DNA from: an uncultured Hyperthermus sp.
GTDB taxonomy: Archaea > Thermoproteota > Thermoprotei_A > Sulfolobales > Pyrodictiaceae
Direction of reading: 5' to 3'
Length of the DNA: 64,000 nt
Assembly (NCBI GenBank): GCA_964498685.1
Contig: CAZCGO010000004.1
Coordinates: 8,496 to 72,495, forward strand
This document shows positions 19,598-28,898 of this stretch, piece after piece. Position 1 is the stretch's first letter. Each line of letters starts with the position of its first letter. The translations under genes were made by a program, and so were the position numbers. A model generated the notes under the pieces. That model had not been told where the DNA came from, searched no databases, and saw nothing but the letters and a program-made list of their open reading frames with translations.

Positions 19598-19704
19598 TGG
19601 AGCCGCCGCCGGGATTTGAACCCGGGACCCCCGGCTCCCTCGGAACCCGCGGACACCACGGGTGGCTTACGAGGCCGGTGCTCTGCCGGCTGAGCTACGG
19701 CGGC
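19598..19704 (-). tRNA. tRNA-Thr (anticodon CGU) with a ~31-nt intron at 37/38, CCA encoded
   Basis: Reverse complement: GCCGCCG-TA-GCTC-AGCCGGCA-GAGC-A-CCGGC-CTCGTA[intron]A-GCCGG-GGGTC-CCGGG-TTCAAAT-CCCGG-CGGCGGC-T-CCA. All four stems pair. Confidence 0.9.
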
Positions 19705-20213
19705 GACCGTTAGACATGACGACCCCAGCAGGGGGATTATTAGGGTTTCACTCGCGCGGAGAATCAATAAAGGAGTCGTGCTTTGCCTCAACTGCAGTGG
19801 CCGATGCGGTGGCACGCAGGCCTAGTAGTACCCCGTCGCGGGGAGATGCTAGGGCCCGTCCACGACCGAGGCCTCCTGTTGCTAGGCCCTTGCGCAAATC
19901 TACCCGCGCTGTCGGTGCTCAGCCTGTTCATCACAGCGTTTACCGGCTTAGGGGCAGCACCCACGCAGCTTTTTATGGCGATGCTCTAGGGTGGTGTGCT
20001 CAGCCAGCGCTATTCTCGTCATCCTTGGCTCCTCCCGGCTACGTTGTGCACTACTTGCCCCCTATGGGCTTGTAGGCCTTGTGGCGGGTGATGGCCTGTA
20101 CTGCTGTTGTGCCAGGTAGGATAGGGGCCGTTTTTAGCTTCCCACGGTTCCCGGGTTATCGTCGGGAATCGGTGCGGCATCACGGTCTTAGAGAGGCCGC
20201 CAGGGTGTAACGC

Positions 20214-20948
20214 ATGCATAGCCCGATGAGTGAGAAGTCTATGATAATACTAGGCCAGTTATTTATGATTGTGCTTTCGCTGGTTCTAGCATTCGAGCCC
20301 AGGCTATACATGGTGGCGATAATTGTCTATTTCGGTTTGATAGTAGGTATAGGCATGGTGCGCTCTAGGCGGGGCACAGGGGCAGTATCTAGAGAGGAGG
20401 TATTGAAGAGCCGCACGGTTTTCAAGGAGGATAAGGCGCTTGAAATAGCCCTGGAGGACGACGAGTACGTGAAGGCTATGTCCAAGCAGGCAAAGGCGAT
20501 GATAATACCGTTGCTCTTGTTCCCCCTCTATATAGTAATATTCCGCTACGTTCCATTGATTGAGAACAAGGTGGCCCCGCTCGTGGGCGATAAACGCGTC
20601 GCGACATTCATAATATGGCTCGCAGCGTTTGAGGCGATGTTCCTGCTGAACCAGGTAATAAGGAGGATGAGTGCAGGCAAGAACGTCGTCGCACCGATGG
20701 TTCCTGCAGGGTACCGTGTTACACCGAAAGGGATAGTGCTCAAGGGAGGCATGGGCCAGGTAATAGGGTTCCCCTTCCCGGAGGGCACAGAGGTCAGGCT
20801 TAACGCTGAGCGAAACTATGTCGAAATTAGGCTGCCGAATAGCGGCTCACGTATACGTCTCTACAGCAGAAAGGCCCGCAGGCTCTACGACATTATAGCC
20901 CGGTACGGGATCGGCGAAGGTAGAACAGGGGAGGGGAAAACCCAGTAG
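20214..20948 (+). CDS. membrane protein, function unknown
   Basis: 244 aa with four hydrophobic helices in the N-terminal two thirds and a soluble C-terminal domain. No motif recognised. Confidence 0.6.
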   Translation: MHSPMSEKSMIILGQLFMIVLSLVLAFEPRLYMVAIIVYFGLIVGIGMVRSRRGTGAVSREEVLKSRTVFKEDKALEIALEDDEYVKAMSKQAKAMIIPLLLFPLYIVIFRYVPLIENKVAPLVGDKRVATFIIWLAAFEAMFLLNQVIRRMSAGKNVVAPMVPAGYRVTPKGIVLKGGMGQVIGFPFPEGTEVRLNAERNYVEIRLPNSGSRIRLYSRKARRLYDIIARYGIGEGRTGEGKTQ

Positions 20949-20975
20949 CATCCTGGCTGTGTGGCTGTGGCGGCT

Positions 20976-22088
20976 TCATATCTTTTGTTCGATGACCATC
21001 CTGTATTCGAGCTCGTCTATATCCGCGCCTCTACGTAGGAGGTCGAGCAGCTTCTCTATCCTGTCCTGCTCCTTTTTCCATTCGCCTGGGCAGCCCTCGC
21101 CGAGCATGATGGGCTTCTCTAGGCGTGATAGTAGCACAACCCGGCTTTCGACCTGCTGTGACAGTATATTGTATCCGGTCATTTCTGCGAACTTTTTGGC
21201 AAACTCTAGGACTTCTAGGTGTTTAAGCATGTCAGTCTTGGATAGACGCTTGCGTGCAGCACCAACATGCATGTAGGATTTGAACTCGATGTAGGTTGGC
21301 TGTGCTGTCTCCACTATTTTCGCCCACGCTTTGAGCGCTTCGTCATGCATGTTGAAGCTTCGGACAAGGGTGAACCGTATAACAGTAGGGCTTGAAAATG
21401 ATGGAAGCATTTCAAGAGTCTCCATTGTCAGCTCCCATGCACGTGGAACCAGCGGGCGTGTGAAGTAGTTGTAGCTCCGCTTATCCCACGCCTCCAGGCT
21501 CACGTACAGCTGGCTGGGCTCCTCCTCTAGGTTCGCGAGCACGTCGGGCCTAACTCCACGCGTCACAAGGAAGGTAGTCATCCCACGCCGATGGTACTCT
21601 TCTATGAGCTCGCCGAGCCTCGGGTACAGTGTAGGCTCGCCGGTGAGGCTTATAGCCACATGCTTCGGGTTCATAGCCTCTTCGAGGAGCTTCTTGTCTG
21701 CATGTGGGTGGCCCCAGTAACCCATAAGGCTCTCTCTATGCGCCTCTATGCTCCCCTCAGCTATGAGCTCCGGGTCGTCAACCCATGGTAGCTTGGTGTC
21801 GTCCCACTTTAGGCTGTCTGTTGGGCGGAGACGCCAGCAGTGAAGACACGCATTCCAGCACCAGAGAGCTGCAGGGCTCATCTGTACATCGCGGTGACTT
21901 GCTATACCGTAGAACTTGCACTTGTAGCAGAACCTCTTCTCAACTATCGCGGCGTGTGTCCAGTGGCACTTCTTCACGACACTGTGGCGCCCGACTATTA
22001 TGTAGCCCTGCTTCTGAAGTATACGGTAGAGCGTCCTATAGGGCTCCGGAAAGTCGTCGATTCTCAGTTTCCACTTTTTACCGCGCAC
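20976..22088 (-). CDS. taw1: tRNA 4-demethylwyosine synthase (radical SAM, Taw1/TYW1)
   Basis: Radical-SAM cluster CWNACLHCWR and an auxiliary Cys cluster KKCHWTH...FCYKCKFYG. Trimmed from the longest ORF (22298) to GTG 22088; GTG 22121 is an alternative. The longer form would overlap ogt. Confidence 0.85.
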   Translation of the reverse strand: MRGKKWKLRIDDFPEPYRTLYRILQKQGYIIVGRHSVVKKCHWTHAAIVEKRFCYKCKFYGIASHRDVQMSPAALWCWNACLHCWRLRPTDSLKWDDTKLPWVDDPELIAEGSIEAHRESLMGYWGHPHADKKLLEEAMNPKHVAISLTGEPTLYPRLGELIEEYHRRGMTTFLVTRGVRPDVLANLEEEPSQLYVSLEAWDKRSYNYFTRPLVPRAWELTMETLEMLPSFSSPTVIRFTLVRSFNMHDEALKAWAKIVETAQPTYIEFKSYMHVGAARKRLSKTDMLKHLEVLEFAKKFAEMTGYNILSQQVESRVVLLSRLEKPIMLGEGCPGEWKKEQDRIEKLLDLLRRGADIDELEYRMVIEQKI

Positions 22089-22228
22089 GGTTCGCGGCTG
22101 GAAATCTAGGAGGCGCTCCACTCTCTTCCCCCATTCTCTAGAGGGGTCGTGTACACGCCCCTGGCACGAATATGTATTACATACGTCGTTAAAGAACGCT
22201 CTACTGTGCTGACGCCGCGTGGCGGCTG

Positions 22229-22633
22229 GTGGCGCTGTTGAGGGGTGGGCTTCCTGAACAGTATAGGCGCTGCTTTGAACAGCTCCGCGAACCCACATCT
22301 AGGAGAGATATTGTCTATATTATTCTGCAACTTGTCCCGCTTGGTGCTGCGGTAACATACGGCGTTTTGGCGGCACTTGCAGGCACCAGCCCGCGGACAA
22401 TAGGGGCCTACATGAGGAGCAATAGGTGTCTTGTACTCATTCCTTGCCATCGTGTGGCTGCTAGACGCGGGATCGGCGGCTTCTCTAAAGGTGTTGAGTT
22501 TAAGCTTAGACTGCTAAGGCTTGAGGGCTGGAGTGGTGAAAAGATAGATAGTGTTAGCGATTTTTGGAGAGTTGTTGAAGAGGAGGGGCAGGATGTAGAA
22601 CTTAGCGGCTGTGATGATGACCTTTGGGGCTGA
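22229..22633 (+). CDS. ogt: methylated-DNA--protein-cysteine methyltransferase (short MGMT/Ogt-type)
   Basis: Active-site motif LIPCHRV preceded by the HTH region VTYGVLAALAGTSPRTIGAYM. 134 aa. Confidence 0.8.
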   Translation: MALLRGGLPEQYRRCFEQLREPTSRRDIVYIILQLVPLGAAVTYGVLAALAGTSPRTIGAYMRSNRCLVLIPCHRVAARRGIGGFSKGVEFKLRLLRLEGWSGEKIDSVSDFWRVVEEEGQDVELSGCDDDLWG

Positions 22634-22823
22634 GATGGTGTGATGACTTGTGCGGAGCACTGAGCCGCGTCCTGGGGTCAGGCCTGGCCACTTAGTTCAT
22701 GGCGTTTTGCTCCTCTTAGGGTGTGTACACATCATCCCCATAGGGAGTATGAACTATGGGGCGAAATCTTTAATAAAGCTAGTGGGTTCAATGATGCTAC
22801 ATGGATGTGTGGCGGGGTAGCAT

Positions 22824-22900
22824 AGCGGGGTAGGGTAGCCTGGTAGCCCGCGGGGCTCATAACCCCGAGGTCGGTGGTTCAAATCCACCCCCCGCTACCA
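22824..22900 (+). tRNA. initiator tRNA-Met (CAU), CCA encoded
   Basis: AGCGGGG...CCCCGCT-A-CCA with an A1:U72 pair. The anticodon stem has three consecutive G:C pairs (CGGGG-CTCATAA-CCCCG). Both are archaeal initiator hallmarks. Confidence 0.9.
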
Positions 22901-22976
22901 TTGCCCCCGCACCGCCCGCAAGGGCGGCCCCGCCACTACTCCTCTCCATCGATAAAAACGGCCACTGTTCCACGTC

Positions 22977-23729
22977 CTAGGCTAGCATCACTCGCAGCCT
23001 ATCGCTGTAGAGCCGGGCAGCCATGCTCCGCGGGTCGAAGTCTATTCCTACAGCGTGTACCGCGACACCCCTCCTAGCCGCTTCTGCTATAAGATCGGCC
23101 ATCTCGGGATCCACATCGCGGTTAGGCATGAAGTAACTTGCTGCGCTGAAAGCGGCAACAAACAAGAGATAAACCATTACCCCCCTAATCCGGAGCTTTA
23201 TTAGCTCCTTTACGTGCCTCCTTCCCCTCGGGCTGGGCGCATCAGGGTAAAGCGCACCGCCATCGTCGGTAGCCAGTATCGCGCTCTTCATCTCCATGTA
23301 GGCTTCTCTCCCGCCGCAATCAAGGAGGAAGTCAATTCTAGACGAGCCTATCTTTACATGACGCTTCCTCGTCTTGCATCGCGGCAGCCAGCTTAGTACC
23401 CCCCGGTCTATTGCGTTCCTCACCGCCTCCTCTTGTGAACGTGTATCGATTAGAGCGTAGCCCTGCCGATATTCCACAGCAAGGAGCCGTAGAGAAGTCT
23501 TCCGGGGACGCAGCGTTCTTATACAGAAGGCGCGGCGGCCCCTGACCAGCACGTCTATAAGCCTACCAGTGTTGGTGTTGTGCACATCCACCAGTGTACC
23601 GTCATCTAGCTCCACAAGTACGATGAACCTGTTTCTACGCTTAATTATCGTGCACTCAGTGACGGGGCTGAACCGTATGAGTTCAACCGTTTTACCGCTC
23701 TCTGCCATAGTTACAGCCGCCTCGGTCAT
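22977..23729 (-). CDS. sfsA: sugar fermentation stimulation protein homologue SfsA
   Basis: KRRNRFIVLVELDDGTLVDVHNTNTGRL..., SRIDFLL, YMEMKS, YPDAPSPRGRRHVKEL. Start trimmed to ATG 23729; ATG 23708 is also possible, and the longest ORF reaches 23816. Confidence 0.85.
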   Translation of the reverse strand: MTEAAVTMAESGKTVELIRFSPVTECTIIKRRNRFIVLVELDDGTLVDVHNTNTGRLIDVLVRGRRAFCIRTLRPRKTSLRLLAVEYRQGYALIDTRSQEEAVRNAIDRGVLSWLPRCKTRKRHVKIGSSRIDFLLDCGGREAYMEMKSAILATDDGGALYPDAPSPRGRRHVKELIKLRIRGVMVYLLFVAAFSAASYFMPNRDVDPEMADLIAEAARRGVAVHAVGIDFDPRSMAARLYSDRLRVMLA

Positions 23730-23986
23730 CGCCGGTAGCCGCTGGGGGCTGTATCCCGGTGTAGGCCTCGGGGAGGCCAGGTACCGTATGCGCGTACCCC
23801 TTAAAGCCACAGCCAAGGAGAAAAGGTGCCCCCACGGCTGCTAAGCCCTGGTGCATCTGCAGCAGCTTAGGCTGCTGTAGCTATGTTCAAGGACGGGGCT
23901 GTGTAGCTAGGTGCCGTGTTCGAGACCGGGTCTGCGAGGTAGGAAGTAGTGGGGCCGGCGTTTACGAGGCAGGGGATAACACCGTT

Positions 23987-24841
23987 TTGAAGCAGGCGCC
24001 GCGGTATAAGGTGAGGCTAAGCGAAGTGAGGGTAATAGGCTCCAGTGTGGGTATAGGTATCTTCGTCGAGATAGTTCTTGCTGCGGACCCGCCCCTCGCT
24101 ATAACGTGTAATGCCCTGAGCTGTACTTACGCGATAGGTCCGGACGGCACAATGACTATCTATACGTATAGTAGAAGCGATGAGCTTGTTAACCCCTTGA
24201 AAATAAGGCTTAGCTATGGCTCGTATAGCGTAGCCGCGGAAATAACGATACCGCTATGCCACTGCATAAATAGCAGTGTGAATATAGTAGCCATACACAG
24301 TATAGAAACCACAGACATAAACGTTGCAAATACAGTATACTTCCTCGAACTCGGCTTCAATCAAATGCGAAAAGAAGACTGCATAAACACGCTGCTGGTA
24401 AGTGTAAACGGGCTACCAGCTAGCTACTTAATAGGCCAACCTGCGCTGCGTCTAACACCGGGGCTCTACGTACAAGCAGTAGGTGGCGCCGCTAGGCGCG
24501 TCGAATGCCGCGACGAGGCTTTGGAGACCCCCCACGGAAAAAAGGTATGTGTTGAGTGCAGCGCCTGCGTCGCCGCCGGATGCAGTAGCGTCTCCTTCTC
24601 GGAGAAAGTAGTCTGCCTCGGGCTCGACGAACTAGTGAGAGCGCCTCTGGTGCTATATGATGCGAAGAATGGAAACCTCCTTGACGGAGAGAAGCTAATA
24701 GTTAGTGTTCTCGAAAAAATGCTACGCGTGGCTGTCGTTAGTGCCGTTAAGCTTCTTGAGTTGGTCAATGACGTAGGCCCTTATCTCGCTGACGCTAGGA
24801 AGGTTAGCTACTATGCGGCCGTTATCGAGGACCTTCTTTAG
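23987..24841 (+). CDS. hypothetical Cys-rich protein with N-terminal hydrophobic segment (orphan)
   Basis: 284 aa and the only long ORF in a visibly lower-GC stretch. TTG start. The last 120 nt overlap the convergent NAPRT gene. No family recognised. Confidence 0.4.
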   Translation: MKQAPRYKVRLSEVRVIGSSVGIGIFVEIVLAADPPLAITCNALSCTYAIGPDGTMTIYTYSRSDELVNPLKIRLSYGSYSVAAEITIPLCHCINSSVNIVAIHSIETTDINVANTVYFLELGFNQMRKEDCINTLLVSVNGLPASYLIGQPALRLTPGLYVQAVGGAARRVECRDEALETPHGKKVCVECSACVAAGCSSVSFSEKVVCLGLDELVRAPLVLYDAKNGNLLDGEKLIVSVLEKMLRVAVVSAVKLLELVNDVGPYLADARKVSYYAAVIEDLL

Positions 24842-25942
24842 CATAGGCTTTGCATTAGGACAATCTTCCGGCACATGGCCCCATGGTTTGACGCGTTTGT
24901 CGAGCGGGTTATCGCTGCACCAGTAGAGCTGCTTCATGCCGGGCAGTTTACCTCTCTTAGTTATGGCAACCCATTTTTCGCCGCGTTTTACCTCAACTAT
25001 ATCCATGCTTATATCGATGGAGGGTGGGAAAGCTATCGAGGTACCGACTCCAAAGCCGTCAGCTATGTCGCGCAGCTCTGCAACCTCCTTCTCGTCGAGA
25101 CCACCGCTTACTATAATTTTAACATCTTTATAGCCGTGAAGATCGAGCGTCCAGCGCACCTCCTGGACTATTTTCCTCATGTTACCTCTCCGGCTGCTCG
25201 GAGTATCTAGCCTCACCCCATGCAGCCTCTCTTTCAACGTTTCAGCAGCCAGTAGAGCCTCGTAACGCTCGTCAAAGAAAGTGTCTACAAGCATTATTCT
25301 GGGCACATGAGGGTCGACGGTGTCGTCAAAAGCAAGCCAGGCCTTACGGGGGTCGCCGAATACTATGACAAGTGCGTGTGGCATCGTGCCTTGGGGCTTC
25401 AAACCGAGGAAGGGCTCTGCCTCAGTGCCCGAGACGCCGTCAACGCCACCTATGTATGCAGCCCTATCGGCCATGGGAGCTAGCGCTGGATGAAGCGAGC
25501 GAAGACCGAAGAACAGAACAGTTCGATCTCCTGCAGCGACGCGGATACGGGCAGCCTTGGTAGCTATACTTGTCTCATGCCTAAGTGCTCCGAGTACAGG
25601 CGTCTCTAGCTCCACAAATTCACAGTAAGGACCCTCGACGACCATTAATGGATCCATTGGGCGGAACAGTGTACCCTCCGGGATAGAGTAGACAGTGACC
25701 TTCCTCCCTCTCAGTATTTCCAGGGCTTCCTCGAGGCCTGCGAACACGGCCCAGTCGTAGCCCCTGGGAAGGCTATAGGAGTGAAATTCTGCTCTAACCC
25801 AGGTGTTGCACATGCCATGTTTTTCGAGTATCTTCTTCGTTCTAACGAAATATATGTCAGTGATTTTCCCGGCCTTTATCTCCTCGGCACCAGCTATGTA
25901 GAGACGTGTCCCTCTTTTGCCCGCAGAGCCCGTGGACGGCAC
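24722..25942 (-). CDS. nicotinate phosphoribosyltransferase (archaeal NAPRT family)
   Basis: 406 aa. [35 protein letters not shown]. Confidence 0.85.
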   Translation of the reverse strand: MPSTGSAGKRGTRLYIAGAEEIKAGKITDIYFVRTKKILEKHGMCNTWVRAEFHSYSLPRGYDWAVFAGLEEALEILRGRKVTVYSIPEGTLFRPMDPLMVVEGPYCEFVELETPVLGALRHETSIATKAARIRVAAGDRTVLFFGLRSLHPALAPMADRAAYIGGVDGVSGTEAEPFLGLKPQGTMPHALVIVFGDPRKAWLAFDDTVDPHVPRIMLVDTFFDERYEALLAAETLKERLHGVRLDTPSSRRGNMRKIVQEVRWTLDLHGYKDVKIIVSGGLDEKEVAELRDIADGFGVGTSIAFPPSIDISMDIVEVKRGEKWVAITKRGKLPGMKQLYWCSDNPLDKRVKPWGHVPEDCPNAKPMLKKVLDNGRIVANLPSVSEIRAYVIDQLKKLNGTNDSHA

Positions 25943-25972
25943 AGTACATCACCCGGCCGGCTCCTATGGCGG

Positions 25973-26395
25973 CTATGCTTCGCCAACTACCTGTATTACC
26001 ACACGCCTAGTCCGCGGCCCATCAAGTTCCAGCAGTATAATATTCTGCCATGTTCCTCGTACACATCTGCCGTCTATAACGGGAAACACGCGCGAGGGGC
26101 CTATCAGGGCAGCAGCCAGATGCGCGTGGGCGTTGTTATCTATACGGTTATGCCTCCACTCATGATCCGGCTTAAAGACTTCCTTAATAAGGTCGATATA
26201 GTCCTGCATCAGGCCCGGCTCTGCCTCGTTAGCTATAATAGCAGACGTCGCGTGAGGTACGAACACCATGCAAAGACCGTTCTTAATACCGCTCTCGTCA
26301 AATACGTCCTCTACAAGATGGGTTATGTCGATAGCTTCAAGCCTACGGTGAGTAGTGACACGCAGCTCCCTCGTGAACACCTTCAGCGAAGACAT
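25973..26395 (-). CDS. YjbQ/UPF0047 family protein (secondary thiamine-phosphate synthase-like)
   Basis: 140 aa. VPHATSAIIANEAEPGL...NAHAHLAAALIGPS...GTWQNIILLELDGPRTR. Confidence 0.85.
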   Translation of the reverse strand: MSSLKVFTRELRVTTHRRLEAIDITHLVEDVFDESGIKNGLCMVFVPHATSAIIANEAEPGLMQDYIDLIKEVFKPDHEWRHNRIDNNAHAHLAAALIGPSRVFPVIDGRCVRGTWQNIILLELDGPRTRRVVIQVVGEA

Positions 26396-26529
26396 TCCGG
26401 CTACACCACCTCCCTCCTCTAGAGGCTAGACAGCTAGAACCAGGCCGCTAAACATAGACTCCGCCCTACTTCGCCTACAAGTGGCTCTATAAGGGGAGGC
26501 CGGCCGCAGCTGCCAACCAGGCGGGAATT

Positions 26530-26961
26530 ATGAGCGCCCAGGGGCTACGCGAGGAGGCAGAGAAGCTAGTTAAAGCGGTAGAAAAGAAACTGAACATGCT
26601 GGAAAGGGAGCTTGGCGACCCCCTCCTATATCTAGACAAGGAGAACTTTGACAAAATACTGTCCCGCTACAAAGTCGTGGTCGTCGAGTTCTCAGCACCC
26701 TGGTGCAACCCCTGCAAGGCCTACACGCCGGTCTTCAAGCGTGTAGCCCGCAAGCTGGCATCGCCGGAGAAAGGGGTTGTATTCGCATACCTGGACAGCG
26801 ACAAAGCCCCCGAAATAGCTGACCGCTATAATGTAGAGAACATACCAACTACGATAATATTCGTCAACGGCCACATAGCCGACGTAATAATCGGCGCAAC
26901 ACAGGAATCAAAGCTTGCAGAAAGAGTCCAGAACATTGTGAGAGAGGTTCTGCGCAGCTAG
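26530..26961 (+). CDS. thioredoxin-fold protein with CxxC active site
   Basis: VVEFSAPWCNPCKAYTPVF (WCxPC), with a ~45-aa helical N-terminal extension. Confidence 0.85.
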   Translation: MSAQGLREEAEKLVKAVEKKLNMLERELGDPLLYLDKENFDKILSRYKVVVVEFSAPWCNPCKAYTPVFKRVARKLASPEKGVVFAYLDSDKAPEIADRYNVENIPTTIIFVNGHIADVIIGATQESKLAERVQNIVREVLRS

Positions 26962-27184
26962 ATACGGCCCCGGATCACAGCGTCGGCAACGGGGGAGGCT
27001 CTTCATCCCTCAGCGGTCTAAATATTGGGGACAGCGTCTCCCCACCCGGTTTCCACACAGAGCCCTTGATACACGGTAGCTAGCCCCGCGCTCCTTTATA
27101 CATACATGTTATTATCGCCCGGCGGTAGGGCTGGGGAAACACCAGTACCGGGCGGTGACGAAGAGAAAGAGATGACGGAGGCTG

Positions 27185-28066
27185 ATGTCGATGCTGAAAG
27201 AGGATGGCGCCGAGCCTCGCCTTATACCTATGCTAGGCTACAAGCCCCTTATCGGCGTCGTGCACCTGCCTCCCTTAACCACCGAGAGGAGACGGGGAGA
27301 CGATATAGACCATCTAATTGAATACGCGATAAGTGAGGCGGTGAAGCTCGAAGAGAGCGGCTTTGATGCAATAATAGTTGAAAATTTCGGCGACGGCCCA
27401 TACCATATGGATCCAGGCGATGACAAGCTATTGATAGCCACGATGGCTGTAATTGTGCGAGAGATAACTAGGAGGGTAAAGTTACCCGTAGGAGTAAATG
27501 TGTTGAGAAATGCCGCAACGTCCTCGCTCGCAGTAGCATACAGCTCTGGGGCGCACTTTATCAGAGTGAATAGTTACTGCGAAACAAGGCTTACGCCAGA
27601 GGGCCTTATGGAGCCAGCTGGAGCGGCAGTAGAGGATATGCGTTCACGGCTCCCCCGCTATGTCGCCGTCTTTGCTGATGTCGACGTTAAGCACAGCTGG
27701 GGGCTAGCCCCGGTTGAGGAGTCCGTTAGGGAATGCGTCGTGAGAGGCTCCATGGATGCGCTTATTGTTAGCGGCTCCAGGACGGGGGCGGCTCCCCAGC
27801 CGGGCTATGTTGCCTCCATACGAGCACTTGCAGGCAATAAACCAATAATTATAGGCAGCGGCGTCTCATACGAGAACATTATAAATTACTGGACAGTAGC
27901 AGACGGCTTCATAGTGGGCACTTCAATAAAGCTCTGGGGCACACGTTCTCCAATATCCGTAGAGAAGGCGGCAAAACTAGCTCAAAAAGTCAAGGAGCTT
28001 CGGAGCGGGAGGGACATACCTCTAGGAGGACGTTTCCTGCTAGAACACTGGGACCGCAAGACTTAG
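27185..28066 (+). CDS. BtpA/SgcQ-family TIM-barrel protein
   Basis: PLIGVVHLPPL...GFDAIIVENFGDGPY...GVNVLRN resembles the BtpA family pattern. Confidence 0.7.
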   Translation: MSMLKEDGAEPRLIPMLGYKPLIGVVHLPPLTTERRRGDDIDHLIEYAISEAVKLEESGFDAIIVENFGDGPYHMDPGDDKLLIATMAVIVREITRRVKLPVGVNVLRNAATSSLAVAYSSGAHFIRVNSYCETRLTPEGLMEPAGAAVEDMRSRLPRYVAVFADVDVKHSWGLAPVEESVRECVVRGSMDALIVSGSRTGAAPQPGYVASIRALAGNKPIIIGSGVSYENIINYWTVADGFIVGTSIKLWGTRSPISVEKAAKLAQKVKELRSGRDIPLGGRFLLEHWDRKT

Positions 28067-28137
28067 TATTCAACGCCGCCGCCGCCGCGCCGTCAAGGGC
28101 TATGTGGGTACACGTTGCGGCCCGGCAACGGGTGACG

Positions 28138-28869
28138 ATGTTGCTCATAATAGCCGAGCTTGAGCCTGCACGCAAAAAGGAGAAACTTGAACGATATGTA
28201 AAGAACCTTGCGGCAAACGTGGATGCTATAGATATACCCGAGGTTCCTATGGGGAGACCGGTCGCCAGCGCGTCAGTCATAGCCGCCCATTTTAAGGCGA
28301 TATACGGGGATGTTGAGTTCATACCACATATACGGGTTATTGACCTAAACCGGGTAGGCCTGCTGAGCCTTCTTGCAGGGCTACATGTAGCAGAGATAAA
28401 AGAGGCGGTCCTACTGCGTGGTGACGACCCAGTTGAGGGGGGAAAAGTAGAGGACGTTAACGTAGAGGAGGCAGCCAGGCTGGCAAAAATAAGGCTCCGA
28501 GATAAGAGGCCCCGCCTCGGCGCAATGCTCAGCATGAGATACCCGTTTGAAAAGATAGAGGAAAGGATGAAGGCGGACCTAGAGTTCTTCATGGTGCTTC
28601 GGGGGCTGTACGACTACGATAAGCTTGCGCGCGCCAGCAGAGTCGCGAGAAGGCTAGGGAAGAAGCTCTACGCATACGTGATAATAGGAAGCAGCAGGAA
28701 CATCGACATGCTTAGGTCTATGCTGGGCGGCCAGCCAGTGTATAGGATAGAAGATGTGGAGCGTGTGGTGGAGCGCCTCTCGCCGCTGGTTGATGGAGTC
28801 ATTCTCTCTAGCCCTGGCGACATGGAGGCTATTGTGGAGGCGGCTCAGCGCCTGTCTAGAAAATTCTAG
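28138..28869 (+). CDS. methylenetetrahydrofolate reductase (MetF)-like TIM-barrel protein
   Basis: By eye it is colinear with MetF: IIAELEPAR / AIDIPEVPMG / IPHIRV / VLLRGDDPVEG versus FSFEFFPPK / VSITYGAMG / HLTC / LALRGDPP. Trimmed to ATG 28138; the longest ORF starts at 28102. Confidence 0.5.
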   Translation: MLLIIAELEPARKKEKLERYVKNLAANVDAIDIPEVPMGRPVASASVIAAHFKAIYGDVEFIPHIRVIDLNRVGLLSLLAGLHVAEIKEAVLLRGDDPVEGGKVEDVNVEEAARLAKIRLRDKRPRLGAMLSMRYPFEKIEERMKADLEFFMVLRGLYDYDKLARASRVARRLGKKLYAYVIIGSSRNIDMLRSMLGGQPVYRIEDVERVVERLSPLVDGVILSSPGDMEAIVEAAQRLSRKF

Positions 28870-28898
28870 GAATCTTTTCTCCCAGCATCCACATAGGC

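Noticed and set aside
19705-20213. Assigning the spacer to RNase P RNA or SRP RNA
   Set aside because: I looked on both strands for CR-I (GAGGAAAGUCC), for helix-8 SRP motifs (GNAR loop with AGCA / GGUGCUG arrangement), and for Alu-domain loops. Only a weak CR-V-like stretch and reversed-order SRP-like fragments are present. That is insufficient to name the RNA.
22640-22663. Box C/D sRNA just after ogt (GTGATGA - 13 nt - CTGA)
   Set aside because: Only one C-like and one D-like box are present. There is no C'/D' or second guide and no terminal stem. An isolated half-unit of 24 nt is not a credible archaeal C/D RNA. Similar isolated GTGATGA or GATGA..CTGA pairs occur at 30272-30278, 31596-31603 and 34418-34446 and were rejected for the same reason.
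22812-22833. 9-nt duplication GCGGGGTAG immediately upstream of, and at the 5' end of, initiator tRNA-Met as an att-site remnant
   Set aside because: It is too short to be significant, and there is no associated foreign DNA or integrase.
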